Assembly: GCF_947568905.1 (NCBI RefSeq)
Contig: NC_079164.1
Span: 102,176,001 to 102,240,000 of the forward strand
Direction of reading: 5' to 3'
Length of the DNA stretch: 64,000 nucleotides
Source: Ostrea edulis
Lineage: Eukaryota
Shown: piece by piece, positions 28,770-41,713 of the stretch
How the letters are laid out: each line of letters starts with the position of its first letter
Position numbering within the stretch: the stretch's first letter is position 1
Position numbers and translations under genes: made by a program
The notes under the pieces: model-generated
Seen by the model: only the letters and a program-made list of their open reading frames with translations
Told to the model about the DNA's origin: nothing
The model's database searches: none

Positions 28770-29339
28770 TAAACATATATGCCTCCCATGGTGCAAAATT
28801 GAAAAGGGTCATACACATGCATAATTTAATTGATAGTAGTATCACCAATTCAAAATACTGAGCATACAATATGTTCCTATGTCAAGAGTGGATTGACCAT
28901 GTGACCTAAAAATCAATAACGGTCATCTACTCCTTATGCTGTACCAGTGTACCAAGTTTGGTGTAAATCAAGCAAATACTTCTTAAAATATAGGAGACAA
29001 TATATTACTATGTCAAGTTTGACCTTGGCCTTTGACCACAAAATCAATAGAGGTCATCTTCTACTGAAGATGTACCAGTGTTCAAAGTTAGATGTCTGCT
29101 AAGCAAAGGGTTCTAAAGATAAAGAGCGGACAGTATATTCCTATGTCCAGGGTAGATTGACCCTTGACCTTTTGACCTGAAAAACAATAGGAATCCTCTT
29201 CTACTCATAACCAATCCACATATGAAATATCATTACGATTAAGAAAATGGTTCTCAAGATATTGAGCAGACAACATGTGGTCTACCAACCGACAGGTGCA
29301 AAGCAATATACCCCTCTTCTTTGAAGTGGGGCATAAAAA
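28770..29339 (+). mobile_element. Second HINE family B copy
   Basis: Aligns by eye with 27555-28283, including terminal ATACCCCTCTTCTTTGAAGTGGGGCATAAAAA. Confidence 0.8.
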
Positions 29340-29439
29340 GCTATAAAACACTCCTCTTTGATCCACTCTAAATTGTAAGAAAACATTAGATCCCTGGTTC
29401 AGAACAATGTGAACATCAATAAATGATAATGAAGTAATC

Positions 29440-29970
29440 TACAAATTTTCAAGGCTATTCAATAATCCATATAGGAGGAGAAAGTGTTCACAAACTATTT
29501 TAGACTCTTCCCCCTCTTAGATCTACTATAACTTTAAGGGTAACAATTGTATCCTCCTGTCCCGACAATATGCACATCTGGGAATGGCAATGAAGCATTG
29601 TACAAAGTTTTAATTCTATCAAATGAACTATATAGGACAAGTGTTCACAAGTTATCCTCCATGCCTATTAGATCCACTATTATTCTTCAGGACAATAATT
29701 GGATCCTCCTGTCCCACCAATATGCACATCTACATATGTACAAATGGCAATGAAGCATTGTACAAAGTTTCAAGTCTATTGAATAAGCCATATAGAAGGA
29801 TAAGTGTTCACAAGCTATTTTACACCCTCCACCCGTTAGATCTACTTAACTTTTAGGAAAATGATTGGATCTTCACATTCCAATAATATGCACATCTATA
29901 AGTTGCAATGAAGCATTGTACAAAGTTTCAAGTCTTGGGTAAGTGTTCACAAGATTTTGTGACAGATACC
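29440..29970. repeat. Diverged tandem repeat of about 140-165 bp, about 3.5 copies (probably HINE-borne satellite)
   Basis: GTTCACAAG..TAGATC..AATATGCACATCT..GCAATGAAGCATTGTACAAAGTTT recurs three times. Confidence 0.7.
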
Positions 29971-30039
29971 TGTATGTCTCCTGCTGTACGTATGAATGTG
30001 CACTACATTGAAATGTTTCCATATTAATATATCTCATCA

Positions 30040-31580
30040 GTGGTTCTTGATAATGAAATTTTCAAAGATAATATGTATTCTCAAGTTAAGCTTAGATCCC
30101 TTATTGAGGTCCTATTGTAACCCCTCCCCACCTCCTGGGGCTATGATTTAAAGAAAATTGAATCTGCAGAGCTTGAGGTTGCTTGCATATTAATATGACA
30201 AATCACCACCCTGCTGATCTTCATAAGATAGAGATGCATAGAAGACTTTGTTCCCCTGTCATGCCCCCTACCCCCATGATTTGAACAATCTTGAATGTAC
30301 ACTTCTTGAAGATGCTTGCATATTGATAAGGATTAATTATGGGGCTTTTGTTCTTGAGAAGAAGACTTTTAAAGATTTTTCCAATATATTTTCACATAAA
30401 ACTTTTATCCCCTATTGTAGTCCCACCCTACCCCCTTGAGAACATGGTTTGAATAGTCTTGAATCTGCACTACCTGTTGACACTACTGTTGCATACTAAT
30501 ATGACTAATCATGGCATTGTTATTCATCAGAAAGAGTTTTTAAAAAAAGTTTTCCCCTGTATATTCCAATTATAAAAAACAACTAATTCCCGTAAATGTG
30601 TTCCATTCTAACGCCGTGAGCGATGATTTGAACAATTTTGAATTTCCACTCATCAAAGAAGCTATAGCTTTCACAACAGTTTTGTCTTTTCAGGTTCAGT
30701 AGCCCTCTAGAAAATGTTTTTAAAGATGCCACCATATTTTCACTATTTCTTAATCATCTCCCCCTTTGCAAATGGTGTGCTCCTTCATTTGGATAATTTT
30801 GAATCCCCTTTACCTAAGAATGTTTTACGGCTTAGTTTAGTTGAAATTCGCCCTGTGGCTCTGGATAACAAGTAAAAAATATCAAAAGTTTACGGCTGGA
30901 TGCTGGACAAAAGGTGATCAGAAAAACTCACTTGAGCTTTGAACTCGGATATGCAAGTTAAAATTCAATATATATACTTTAAATCTTTATTGTGGCCATG
31001 CCTCGGCTTTGGGAATCATACTTTGAACTTGAATCTTTATGAAGAAGCTTCTATACATGTTATGGCTTTTGTGGTCAAGTGGTTCTTGAAAAGAAGACTT
31101 TTTTATACAACCCACTCTACTCTTACCATTTTAAAAATTATATCCTCATGTTAGGGGGCAAGGTGCTCTCACCTTAAGAATAACAAGCTTGAATCTCCCC
31201 CAGTAAACAAGTCATCTTCATAATAACAAGCTTGAATCCCCCCCCCCCCCCAATTAAATAAGGTGCTCTCACCTTCTCTCACCTTCATAATAACAAGCTT
31301 GAATCTCCCCCAGTAAACAAGTCATCTTCATAATAAGCTTGAATCTCCCCCAGTAGACAAGGTGCTCTCATCTTCATAATGACAACCTTGAATCTCCCCC
31401 CCCATTAAACAAAGTGCTCTCATCTTCATAATAACAAGCTTGAATCTCCCCCCATTAAACAAGGCATTGGGACAAGTTTGGTTATAATTTTCACCATGGT
31501 TTAGGGGGGAAAATTGAAAATGTGAAAATTTTACAACAATGATAACAACAGACAAATTTTGATAATAAATGCTCACACAA
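30040..31580 (+). mobile_element. Two adjacent decayed HINE family C copies
   Basis: Share TTGAATCTGCACTA, GTTCTTGAGAAGAAGA and GGTGATCAGAAAAACTCACTTGAGCTTT motifs with 40708-41482. Confidence 0.7.
31180..31460. repeat. about 45-bp minisatellite inside a HINE, about 7 copies
   Basis: CTTCATAATAACAAGCTTGAATCTCCCCCAGTAAACAAG repeated; HINE body resumes after 31460. Confidence 0.85.
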
Positions 31581-32094
31581 GTGCTTCTAAGTCATGTTAT
31601 TTTGACAAACACTAGCTGAACATCTGTATTTCACCAATAAATTAAATCAATGTATCATCAACTGCTGCATGATCACAACAATTAAATAAATTTATGTCTT
31701 ATCTTTCTGTACTTGATGTTTGCAGAGTTTATTTATCAAACTTCCACATAAGGCAATAAAACAAACCTTTGTCATCATCTGTTTGCCAATACTGCAGATA
31801 AACAGAGGACCTCTGCTGAATTTCTGCATATCTACAATGCAATCAATGGTAATGTTAGGATGAACATCTGTCAAAAATGTCAAGTTTATCTAACAGGTTG
31901 GAATCTGGAATTTTAATTTAGAATTTACAAACTGTAGGAAAAACTAACTAAGAAAAATAATATCAAATATTGTGACTTACGAATAATTTGATGCTATCAT
32001 TGTCAGTTGTGACTAAAGAATTTGCCCATAGTTTTGTAAATTCCAAGAATTGAAACAATTCAAGGATCCAATAATACATCGTAAATACAATAAT

Positions 32095-35090
32095 TGTTAT
32101 ATCTCACACTGTATAGCTATCTCATTGATATATCTCACACTGTCATCCACATAACAATAGCTATCTCATTGATATATCTCACACTGTCATCCACATAACT
32201 ATAGAGCTATCTCATTGTTATATCTCACACTGTCATCCACATAACTATAGCTATCTCATTGTTATATCTCACACTGTCATCAACATAACTATCTCATTGT
32301 TATATCTCACACTGTCATCCACATAACTATAGAGCTATCTCATTGATATATCTCACACTGTCATCAACATAACTATAGCTATCTCATTGATATATTTCAC
32401 ACTATCATCCACATAACAATAGCTATCTCATTGTTATATCTCACACTGTCATCAACATAACTATCTCATTGATATATCTCACACTGTCATCCACATAACT
32501 ATAGAGCTATTGTCTCATTGATATATCTCACACTGTCATCCACATAACTATATAGCTATTGTCTCATTGTTATATCTCACACTGTCATCCACATAACTAT
32601 AGAGCTATCTCATTGATATATCTCACACTGTCATCAACATAACTATAGCTATCTCACTGTTATATCTCACACTGTCATCAACATAACTATAGCTATCTCA
32701 TTGATATATCTCACACTGTCATCAACATAACTATAGCTATGTCATTGATATATCTCACACTGTCATCAACATAACTATAGAGCTATCTCATTGATATATC
32801 TCACACTGTCATCCACATAACTATAGAGCTATCTCATAAATATATCTCACACTGTCATCAACATAACTATAGCTATCTCATTGATATATCTCACACTGTC
32901 ATCCACATAACTATAGCTATCTCATTGTTATATCTCACACTGTCATCCACATAACTATAGCTATCTCATTGATATATCTCACACTGTCATCCACATAACA
33001 ATAGCTATCTCATTGTTATATCTCACACTGTCATCAACATAACTATCTCATTGATATATCTCACACTGTCATCCACATAACTATAGCTATCTCATTGATA
33101 TATCTCACACTGTCATCAACATAACTATAGAGCTATTTCATTGATATATCTCACACTGTCATTCACCTAACTATCTCATTGTTATATCTCACACTGTCAT
33201 CCTCATAACTATCACATTGATATATCTCACACTGTCATCCACGCAACTATAGCTATCTCATTGTTATATCTCACACTGTCATCCACATAACTATAGCTAT
33301 CTCATTGATATATCTCACACTGTCATCCACATAACTATAGCTATCTTATTGATATATCTCACACTGTCAACAACATAACTATAGCTATCTCATTGACATA
33401 TCTCACGCTGTCATCCACATAACTATAGAGCTATTGTCTCATTGATATATCTCACACTGTCATCCACATAACTATAGCTATCTCATTGTTATATCTCACA
33501 CTGTCATCAACATAACTATAGCTATCTCATTGATATATCTCACACTGTCATCAACATAACTATAGAGCTATCTCATTGATATATCTCACACTGTCATCCA
33601 CATAACTATAGCTATCTCATTGATATATCTCACACTGTCATCCACATAACTATAGCTATCTCATTGATATATCTCACACTGTCATCCACATAACTATCTC
33701 ATTGTTATATCTCACACTGTCATCCTCATAACTATCACATTGATATATCTCACACTGTCATCCACGTAACTATAGCTATCTCATTGTTATATCTCACACT
33801 GTCATCCACATAACTATAGAGCTATCTCATTGATATATCTCACACTGTCATCAACATAACTATCTCATTGTTATATCTCACACTGTCATCCTCATAACTA
33901 TACCTATCTCATTGTTATATCTCACACTGTCATCCACATAACTAGAGCTACTGTCTCATTGATATATCTCACACTGTCATCCACATAACTATCTCATTGT
34001 TATATCTCACACTGTCATCCTCATAACTATCACATTGATATATCTCACACTGTCATCCACGTAACTATAGCTATCTCATTGTTATATCTCACACTGTCAT
34101 CCACATAACTATAGAGCTATCTCATTGATATATCTCACACTGTCATCAACATAACTATCTCATTGTTATATCTCACACTGTCATCCACATAACTATACCT
34201 ATCTCATTGTTATATCTCACACTGTCATCCACATAACTAGAGCTACTGTCTCATTGATATATCTCACACTGTCATCCACATAACTATCTCATTGTTATAT
34301 CTCACACTGTCATCCACATAACTATACCTATCTCATTGATATATCTCACACTGTCATCCACATAACTATAGAGCTATCACATTGATATATCTCACACTGT
34401 CATCCACATAACTATAGCTATCTCATTATTATATCTCACACTGTCATCCACATAACTATAGCTATCTCATTGATATATCTCACACTGTCATCAACATAAC
34501 TATAGAGCTATCTCATTGATATATCTCACACTGTCATCAACATAACTATAGAGCTATCTCATTGATATATCTCACACTGTCATCAACATAACTATAGAGC
34601 TATCTCATTGATATATCTCACACTGTCATCAACATAACTATAGAGCTATCTCATTGATATATCTCACACTGTTATCCACATAACTATAGCAATGTCATTG
34701 ATATATCTCACACTGTCATCAACATAACTATAGAGCTATCTCATTGATATATCTCACACTGTCATCCACATAACTATAGAGCTATGTCATTGATATATCT
34801 CACACTATTATCAACATAACTATAGCTATGTCATTGATATATCTCACACTGTCATCAACATAACTATAGAGCTACTGTCACATTGATATATCTCACACTG
34901 TCATCAACATAACTATAGAGCTATCTCATTGTTATATCTCACACTGTCATCAACATAACTATAGCTATCTCATTGATATATCTCACACTGTCATCAACAT
35001 AACTATAGAGCTACTGTCACATTGATATATCTCACACTGTCATCAACATAACTATAGAGCTATCTCATAAATATATCTCACACTGTCATC
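32095..35090. repeat. 3-kb minisatellite, about 44-bp unit (39-50 bp variants)
   Basis: Unit CTATCTCATTGATATATCTCACACTGTCATCCACATAACTATAG(AG), roughly 65-70 copies. Confidence 0.98.
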
Positions 35091-35493
35091 ATATACCTCT
35101 GGACCCATAAATGTAAAATACCAAAATTGGTACTAAGAGAGGAAGCTAATTCATGAGCAGTACACGACAGACCAACACAAATGATGAATGACGCAAGACA
35201 ATGGACAAAATCAGATAGCAATAGGTCACGTGAAAGACTCGGGAGACGTACACAAGAGGTGATCCTTCTCATTGCATGGATTGTGTGCACTAGCCACTTT
35301 CTGAGTTAGAATTCCTGAAAAAAAATGTAATCAAGGTAATCCATCCATTACACAAATATACACAAACCTATCCCTGTAAAACCAAACTTTTCACTATCCT
35401 ACAGGTTTTTTCCCACGGGGATCCAGGTTAGAATACTGTAAACAACTTTTATTCGCGATTACTTTATTTAGCGATTTACCAAAGATGAATATT

Positions 35494-35613
35494 CCTCCCT
35501 GCTCAAGGGCTGTAGGCATTGAGCATAAGCCTAAATTTTGCAGCCCTTCACCGGCAGTGGTGACGTCTCCATGAATGTAATCGAGAGAGACATTAAACAA
35601 TACACAATCAATC
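35494..35613 (+). mobile_element. 3' fragment of the core-domain SINE family
   Basis: CCTGCTCAAGGGC..GCCTAAATTTTGCAGCCCTTCACCGGCAGTGGTGACGTCTCCAT..CAATCAATC matches 48192-48473 and 54661-54882. Confidence 0.8.
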
Positions 35614-35693
35614 TAACAGGTTTTTACAGAATCTTGTGTCAAAAGAGAAATCTCTGGTGACCATTGTAATTCAGGGCCTAGTCTTTAGGTTAC

Positions 35694-35896
35694 CATATAC
35701 CTAACGCACCACTCAGTCAATTTAATCTCATACCTAATGCACCACTCAGTCAATCTAATCTCATACCTAACGCACCACTCAGTCAATCTAATCTCATACC
35801 TAACGCACCACTCAGTCAATCTAATCTCATACCTAATGCACCACTCAGTCAATTTAATCTCATCCCTAACGCACCACTCAGTCCATTTAATCTCAT
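35694..35896. repeat. 33-bp minisatellite, 6 copies
   Basis: CATACCTAACGCACCACTCAGTCAATCTAATCT; gives the periodic ORF 35685..35915. Confidence 0.95.
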
Positions 35897-36821
35897 AAAA
35901 TTTTCGTATAAACATACATCACAAACTATATATGACTAGGCAATGATTTCTTGGAGCTACTAAAACTGCTCTTGCAATAACCTTTACAAACTTTCACATA
36001 CATTTTAACAAAATAATAAAGCTATCCCAGGATTGAATTCTGAGATGAGGTTAATTTCACTCCTTACCGCCTCTAGGGTTTCGTATTGGTATGATCCCTG
36101 GAGGTCCATTTTAAGGTCACGGTAAATGTTATGGGGGTGACGGATTGGAACAGGATATTACCTGGCTGTTTTCACCTGTCGTCAGGGAGATGGGAGGACA
36201 TTTTACTGTAAGACCTGGACAACTCTCTTTCTCTGCCATTCCTCATTTATCATCGGTCAGTCTGTGGTCATTCAGTGGTGTCCACACAGTGCTCTCATTG
36301 TCCACACAGATTGACTGTAAACACAAATCAAATTAACTAGTACATACCATAATCAAAATATAAACACAAAACATATAATATCAACACACAACAAATTAAC
36401 TTCTAAATAGAAACACACAACAAATCTGTAACAAGTACCATAATCAAAATATAAACACAAAACAAATCATCTTGTGATTGAGGTGTGATATTTAAATCTT
36501 CTAACCGTGTGCCAAACACCAGACACAAATTTCTAAGAACTATACACCTATGCAGGAGTATACATCAATGCTGCCATTTATTAGCTTGTTTGTAGCATGT
36601 ATGTCACAACTTTTTGTATACATTCTAGATGGTGCACATACAGATATTGGCCAAACTTACTGCTTATATTGATGTAAATAAAAAGGGAATCCCCTATTGA
36701 TTTTCAAGGTCAAAGGTAAAGACAAGGTTATAGTTTATAGTCTATCAACAAAAGTTACCTTAATTCGTTTATTATAAGGTTTTTATGAATTTGTGTTAGT
36801 CAGAAGGGTTCGATCACCAGC

Positions 36822-36960
36822 GGCCAGATAGCTCAGTTGGTAGAGCACCTGACTAGAGATTCAGGGGACTCGGGTTTGAATCCCTGCCTGGTCTGTTGCA
36901 TTTTCTCCCTTCCTGTTACATTTGGTGCTGTAGATCAGCCCCTGGAATGTACAGGTGAAG
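36822..36960 (+). mobile_element. tRNA-like sequence followed by an apparent LTR 3' end and PBS (Helenus-like non-autonomous LTR element fragment)
   Basis: GGCCAGATAGCTCAGTTGGTAGAGCACCTGACTAGAGATTCAGGGGACTCGGGTTTGAATCCC cloverleaf with an 8-nt anticodon loop, then CCTGTTACA (to 36920) and TTTGGTGC (36921-36928). Confidence 0.55.
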
Positions 36961-38044
36961 AAAATGCCTCCATTCTTTCACAACGCTAGTTGGCTCAGAT
37001 CTTGACACAGCTATCAAACAAATATACTTATGAATTAAGTATGAGCTGGCTATCTTTTCAGCCTTTTCCTGAAATGTCACCTTGCGAGATCTGTTCAGTC
37101 AATCCCTCGGGATCACACAAGCTGAGCTGCTATGTTCAGTGTTAATGCTTGTTTATTTACACTCTGTCTGCTCGTCTCAAGTTCGGTGCTATTGCTTGTT
37201 CATTCACACTGCCTGTTCATCTCGTGTTTCAAGGTTACAGACCAAAACTTGATCGTAAATACTCTAGAAGGCTTATTTATCGACAGAACTTGCTTGTCAC
37301 TTAATACAAAGTAAGGAAAAACCCTATTGGATCATTGGCCATAAGTCAAGGTCAAAGATAAAAACTTTTTGAAACTTTGTACATGTCACTATACGCAAAT
37401 ACATGTAGTTGGTAGAGAAGTTCCTCTATCTTAGAAAAGTTTCACCTGAGTTACCTTGACCCATATTTAAAGATTTTCCCTACATATTCGCATATAAAAC
37501 TTTGATCCCCTATTGTGGCACTGTACACTGATAAGAAACTTAAAAAATGAACATGAAGAACTGGTGATGAAAAGAACAGTTAAAGACTATTTTCAAATCC
37601 AAAGCAAGCAAAGGAAGCGATCTAAAGGTTAAAAATAAAACATATTTTAAACCTCAGGATGGGCCAGAATACAGGATTTTGCGTTCCTGATTTTCAAAAT
37701 TTTCTGGGACTTAATTGATCATGATTTATTTTTTATTTGAAAACAAACTTTTTGTTATAGATCTGAATTTGAATGCTGACGACTGAATGTCATATTTTAT
37801 GCACTTTGCTGAAATACCTGAAAAAAAAAGATATATAATTTCACATATTTTAACAATAAATTTACCCTCAGAATGCAGGATTTTGCGTCCTGATTTTCAA
37901 AATTTTCTGGGGGGGGCAACCCCCCCCCCCCCCCCCCCCCCGATTTTTTTTGGCCTCCTCAAATCCTTTAAAGGCCTGTTCAATGAAAAGGAAGTGAAAA
38001 CCCTGTATATATATACATACATACAAACATAACTGTCAAGGATG

Positions 38045-38271
38045 ACCAATGAAATCTCGAAAGCTTAATTCCAATGGGGTCCTTTGATGCACAAATGTTT
38101 GCGCTGGAGGTTATTTTTGTGGGCAGAAACTAGAGCACCTGGAGGAAACCCACATGTCCGAGTGGGCGACTGCCATACCCTCTCACAAACAACAACTGCC
38201 GATCATGGGGATCGAACTAACGTCGCAGCGGTGAGAAGCAAGAGCGCTACCTCTGCGCTATCCGGAGACCC
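38045..38271 (-). mobile_element. tRNA-derived V-domain SINE
   Basis: Minus strand: GGGTCTCCGGATAGCGCAGAGGTAGCG (A box), GTTCGATCCCC (B box), then GTGGGTTTCCTCCAGGTGCTCTAGTTTCTGCCCACA matching the V-SINE core. Confidence 0.8.
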
Positions 38272-38740
38272 TAAACAAACTTGAATCTAATTTATACCCA
38301 GAAGCTTTCAGGTAAATCTCCACTCTTTGGCCTAGTGGTTATTGAGAAGACTCTAAATATTTTTCCTAAATATTTGTATGCAAAACTTTCAACTCAAACA
38401 TCAAGTCAGTTCTTTTATATGGGGCTGAAACCTGGAGGACAACAGTGGCAACAGTCAAGAAGGTCCAGATTTTTATAATTTCTTGTCTGTGAAGAATGCT
38501 ACAAATCCACTGGCAGAAAACCATCAGCAACTAAGACCTAGTTTTGGCAGTGAACTAACCAACTCCATGGGATTCTGGGATGACGCTGGAGGTGGATTGG
38601 TCACACATTCCGTAAGCAAGCATCAAACATCACAAGACAAGCGCTGACCGGGAATTCCCAACACAAAAGAAACAGAGGCACGCTGAAAAACGTGGCACTG
38701 AAACCTCTGTGTTGACATAAAGACAAGAAGCCCACTAAAT

Positions 38741-40420
38741 ACCAAGCTTGGCACCGCCCTGGGGTCAGAACCCCTATCCCGGGGATCATGACATTTATAA
38801 TTTTCGTTGAGGCTGAGAAGAAGATTTTTGAAAATTGGTAAATTTTGGGCAGTTTTTGCCCCACCCCTAAGGCCCCAGGAATGCAGGAATCCTGAAATTT
38901 ACAATTTATGTCCCTCTTGTTCCAAAGATGTTTTATACCAAATTTGAAAAGAATTGGAATAATAGATATCAAGAAGTTCCAAAGATGCTTTATACCAAAT
39001 TTGAAAAGAATTGGAATAGATATCTAGAAGAAGTAAATGTTTATTGTTCACACAATTAATAACTGACCATTTTGGCCCCACCCTGGTACCCCTAGGATCA
39101 TCAAATCTACAATTTTGGTAAAGGACTACCTCTTTTTTTCTAAATATCTACCGAGTTTCAAAGTATCAATAGCACTAAAGATGTTATTTAAGTATTTTAC
39201 ACAAACACTATATACCACGTTTGGCCCCGCCCTGGGGTCAGAACCCCTACCCCGGGGATCATGAAAGTTACAATTTTGGTAGAGGCCTTCCTGCTCTACA
39301 TCACTATGCATTTAGTTTTTCTTATACGTGTGCGTTCTTGGAAAGAAGATTTTTGAAGATCAGTCATTTGGGGGCAATTTTTGCCCCACCCCTAAGGCCT
39401 CAGGGGTGCTGGAGTCCTGAAATATACAATTTATGTTCCCCTTGTCCTAAAGATGCTTCATGTCAAATATGAAAAGAATTGGACTTGTAATTATCAAGAA
39501 GAAGCTAAAAATGTTTAGTATCAATAACACTAAAGATGTTATACATATGTTTTACACAAACACTATATAACAAGTTTGGCCCCGCCCTGGGGTCAGAACC
39601 CCTAACCTGGGGATCATGAAATTTAAAATTTTGGTAGAGGCCTTCCTGCGCTACATCACTATGCATTTAGTTTTTCTTATATGTGTGTGGTTCTTGAGAA
39701 TTTTGAAAATTGGTCATTTTTGGGCAGTTTTTGCCCCGCCCCCATTAGGTCCCAGGGGTGCAAGAATCCTGAAATTTACAATTTATGTTCCCTTTCTTCC
39801 AAATATGTTTCATACCAAAATTAAAAAGAATTGGAATGAAAGTTATCAAGAAGAAGTTAAAAACGTCTATTGTTCACACATTTAATAACTGACCATTTTG
39901 GCCCCATCCCAATACCAAAACCCCTACCCCTGGGATCATCAAATTTACAATTTTCAATTTTGGTAAAGGACTATCTGTTCTTTCTAAATATATATTTACT
40001 TTCAATTTAGTATCAATAGCACTAAAGAAGATGTAATTTAAGTGTTTTACACATAAACACTATATAACAAGTTTGGCCCCACCCTGGGGTCAGAATCCCT
40101 ACAATTTACAATTTTGGTAGAGGCCTTCCTGCTCTACATCACTATGCATTTAGTTTTCCTTACATGTGTGTGGTTCTTGAGAAGATTTTTGAAAATTGGT
40201 CATTTTGGGCAGTTTTTGCCCCGCCCCTAGAGCCCCAGGGGTGCTGGAGTCCTGAAATTTACAATTTATGTCCCCCTTCTCCCAATGATGCTTCATACCA
40301 AATTTGAAAAGAATTGGACAGGTAGTTATAAGAAGAAGTTAAAAATGTTCAATTGTTAAAGCACGACGGACGAAAACCAATTGCAATAGGTCACCCGAGT
40401 TTACTCAGGTGACCTAAAAA
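38741..40420 (+). mobile_element. 5'-truncated HINE family A with multiple internal module repeats
   Basis: Same modules as 26.1 kb; terminal hairpin TAGGTCACCCGAGT-TT-ACTCAGGTGACCTA followed by AAAAA. Confidence 0.85.
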
Positions 40421-40707
40421 AAACCTGGTTTTGGTAGGAATATTCTTGTTTGGCAAATACATAGGGGTAAAATCATGCAGCCTTATGATATAAAGTGTTC
40501 ATTTCTAAAACCTTTACAGTTTAAATAACAAAATTGAAAGGTTATACTATACCTTACATCAATAATACAAGATGTGTTATCCCCATTAAAGAATAACAAA
40601 TAACAAGGCTATAATGATGTTCTATGCCTATTAGAACAAGACTATGTGCATTCTTAGATTTGTTTTATCACAACTTATAATTAAGTTTCCACAGTTGTCA
40701 TTATTTA

Positions 40708-41365
40708 AACAAGAGGCCCATGGGCCATATCCTTCACCAGAGTCACCTTGGCACATATTTAAAGATTTTTCATATATATTTGCATGTAAAACGTTGGTCC
40801 CTTTTGTGGCCTCAACCTACCTCCATTGACCATGATTTTCATAAACTTGAATCTGCACTATGTCAGGAAGCTTTCATGTAAATTTGTTCTTTTCTAGCCC
40901 AGTGGTTCTTGCGAAGATTTTCTCTATACTTGAATCTGCACTATGTCAGGAAGCTTTCATGTAAATACAGCTTTTCTGGCATAGTGGTTCTTGAGAAGAA
41001 GATTTTTAAAGATTTTTCTAATATATTTGTATGTAAAACTTTGATTCCCTATTGTGGCCCCATCCTACCCCTTGGGGCCATGATTTTAACAAACTTGAAT
41101 CTGTACTATGTCAGGAAGCTTTCATGTAACTTTCAGCTCTTCTGGTCCAATGGTTTTTGAGAAGAAGATTTTTAAATGACCCCACCCTATTTTTGCATTT
41201 TTGTGATTATCTCTCCTTTGAAGGGGGCCTGACCCTTCATTTGAACAAACTTGAAAGCCCTTCACCCAAGGATATTTTTGGCCAAGTTTGGTTATAATTG
41301 GCCCAGTGGTTCTGGAGAAGTCGAAAATGTAAAAAGTTTACAGGCGGATGGACAGACAACGGACA

Positions 41366-41398
<33 letters not shown>

Positions 41399-41448
41399 AC
41401 TCAGGTGAGCTAAAAAGTTTACAAACAGACAACAGGCGATCAGAATAA

Positions 41449-41482
<34 letters not shown>
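40708..41482 (+). mobile_element. HINE family C, full length, with duplicated 3' terminus
   Basis: Starts AACAAGAGGCCCATGGGCC; ends with two copies of GATCAG..CTCACTTGAGCTTTC..CTCAGGTGAGCTAAAAA (41363-41416, 41429-41482). Confidence 0.88.
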
Positions 41483-41713
41483 TGTATTGTTTCCAAAATT
41501 GTAATCCTCTTTGAGTTTACTCTGGGTAAATAATGTGCAAAAAATGAAAATAAAGTCTCAAACATTTCCTTCTTCAGAAGTTATAAGAAAGGTATAGCAT
41601 TTTAGATTAACCCCATCATTTGTAATTAACCTCAACAGCTGAATACCTTGTCCAGACTGTCACATTTCATTGCACTGCTCTTGAATTACAGGTATGATCA
41701 CTGATGGGTGTTA

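Noticed and set aside
32095-35090. CRISPR-like regular array (also 1-418, 17795-18482, 54959-55522)
   Set aside because: Units are repeated head to tail with no unique spacers, there are no cas genes, and the context is eukaryotic
36822-36893. Functional tRNA gene
   Set aside because: 8-nt anticodon loop, decayed T-loop (GTTTGAA), acceptor mismatch, and continuation into repeat-like sequence
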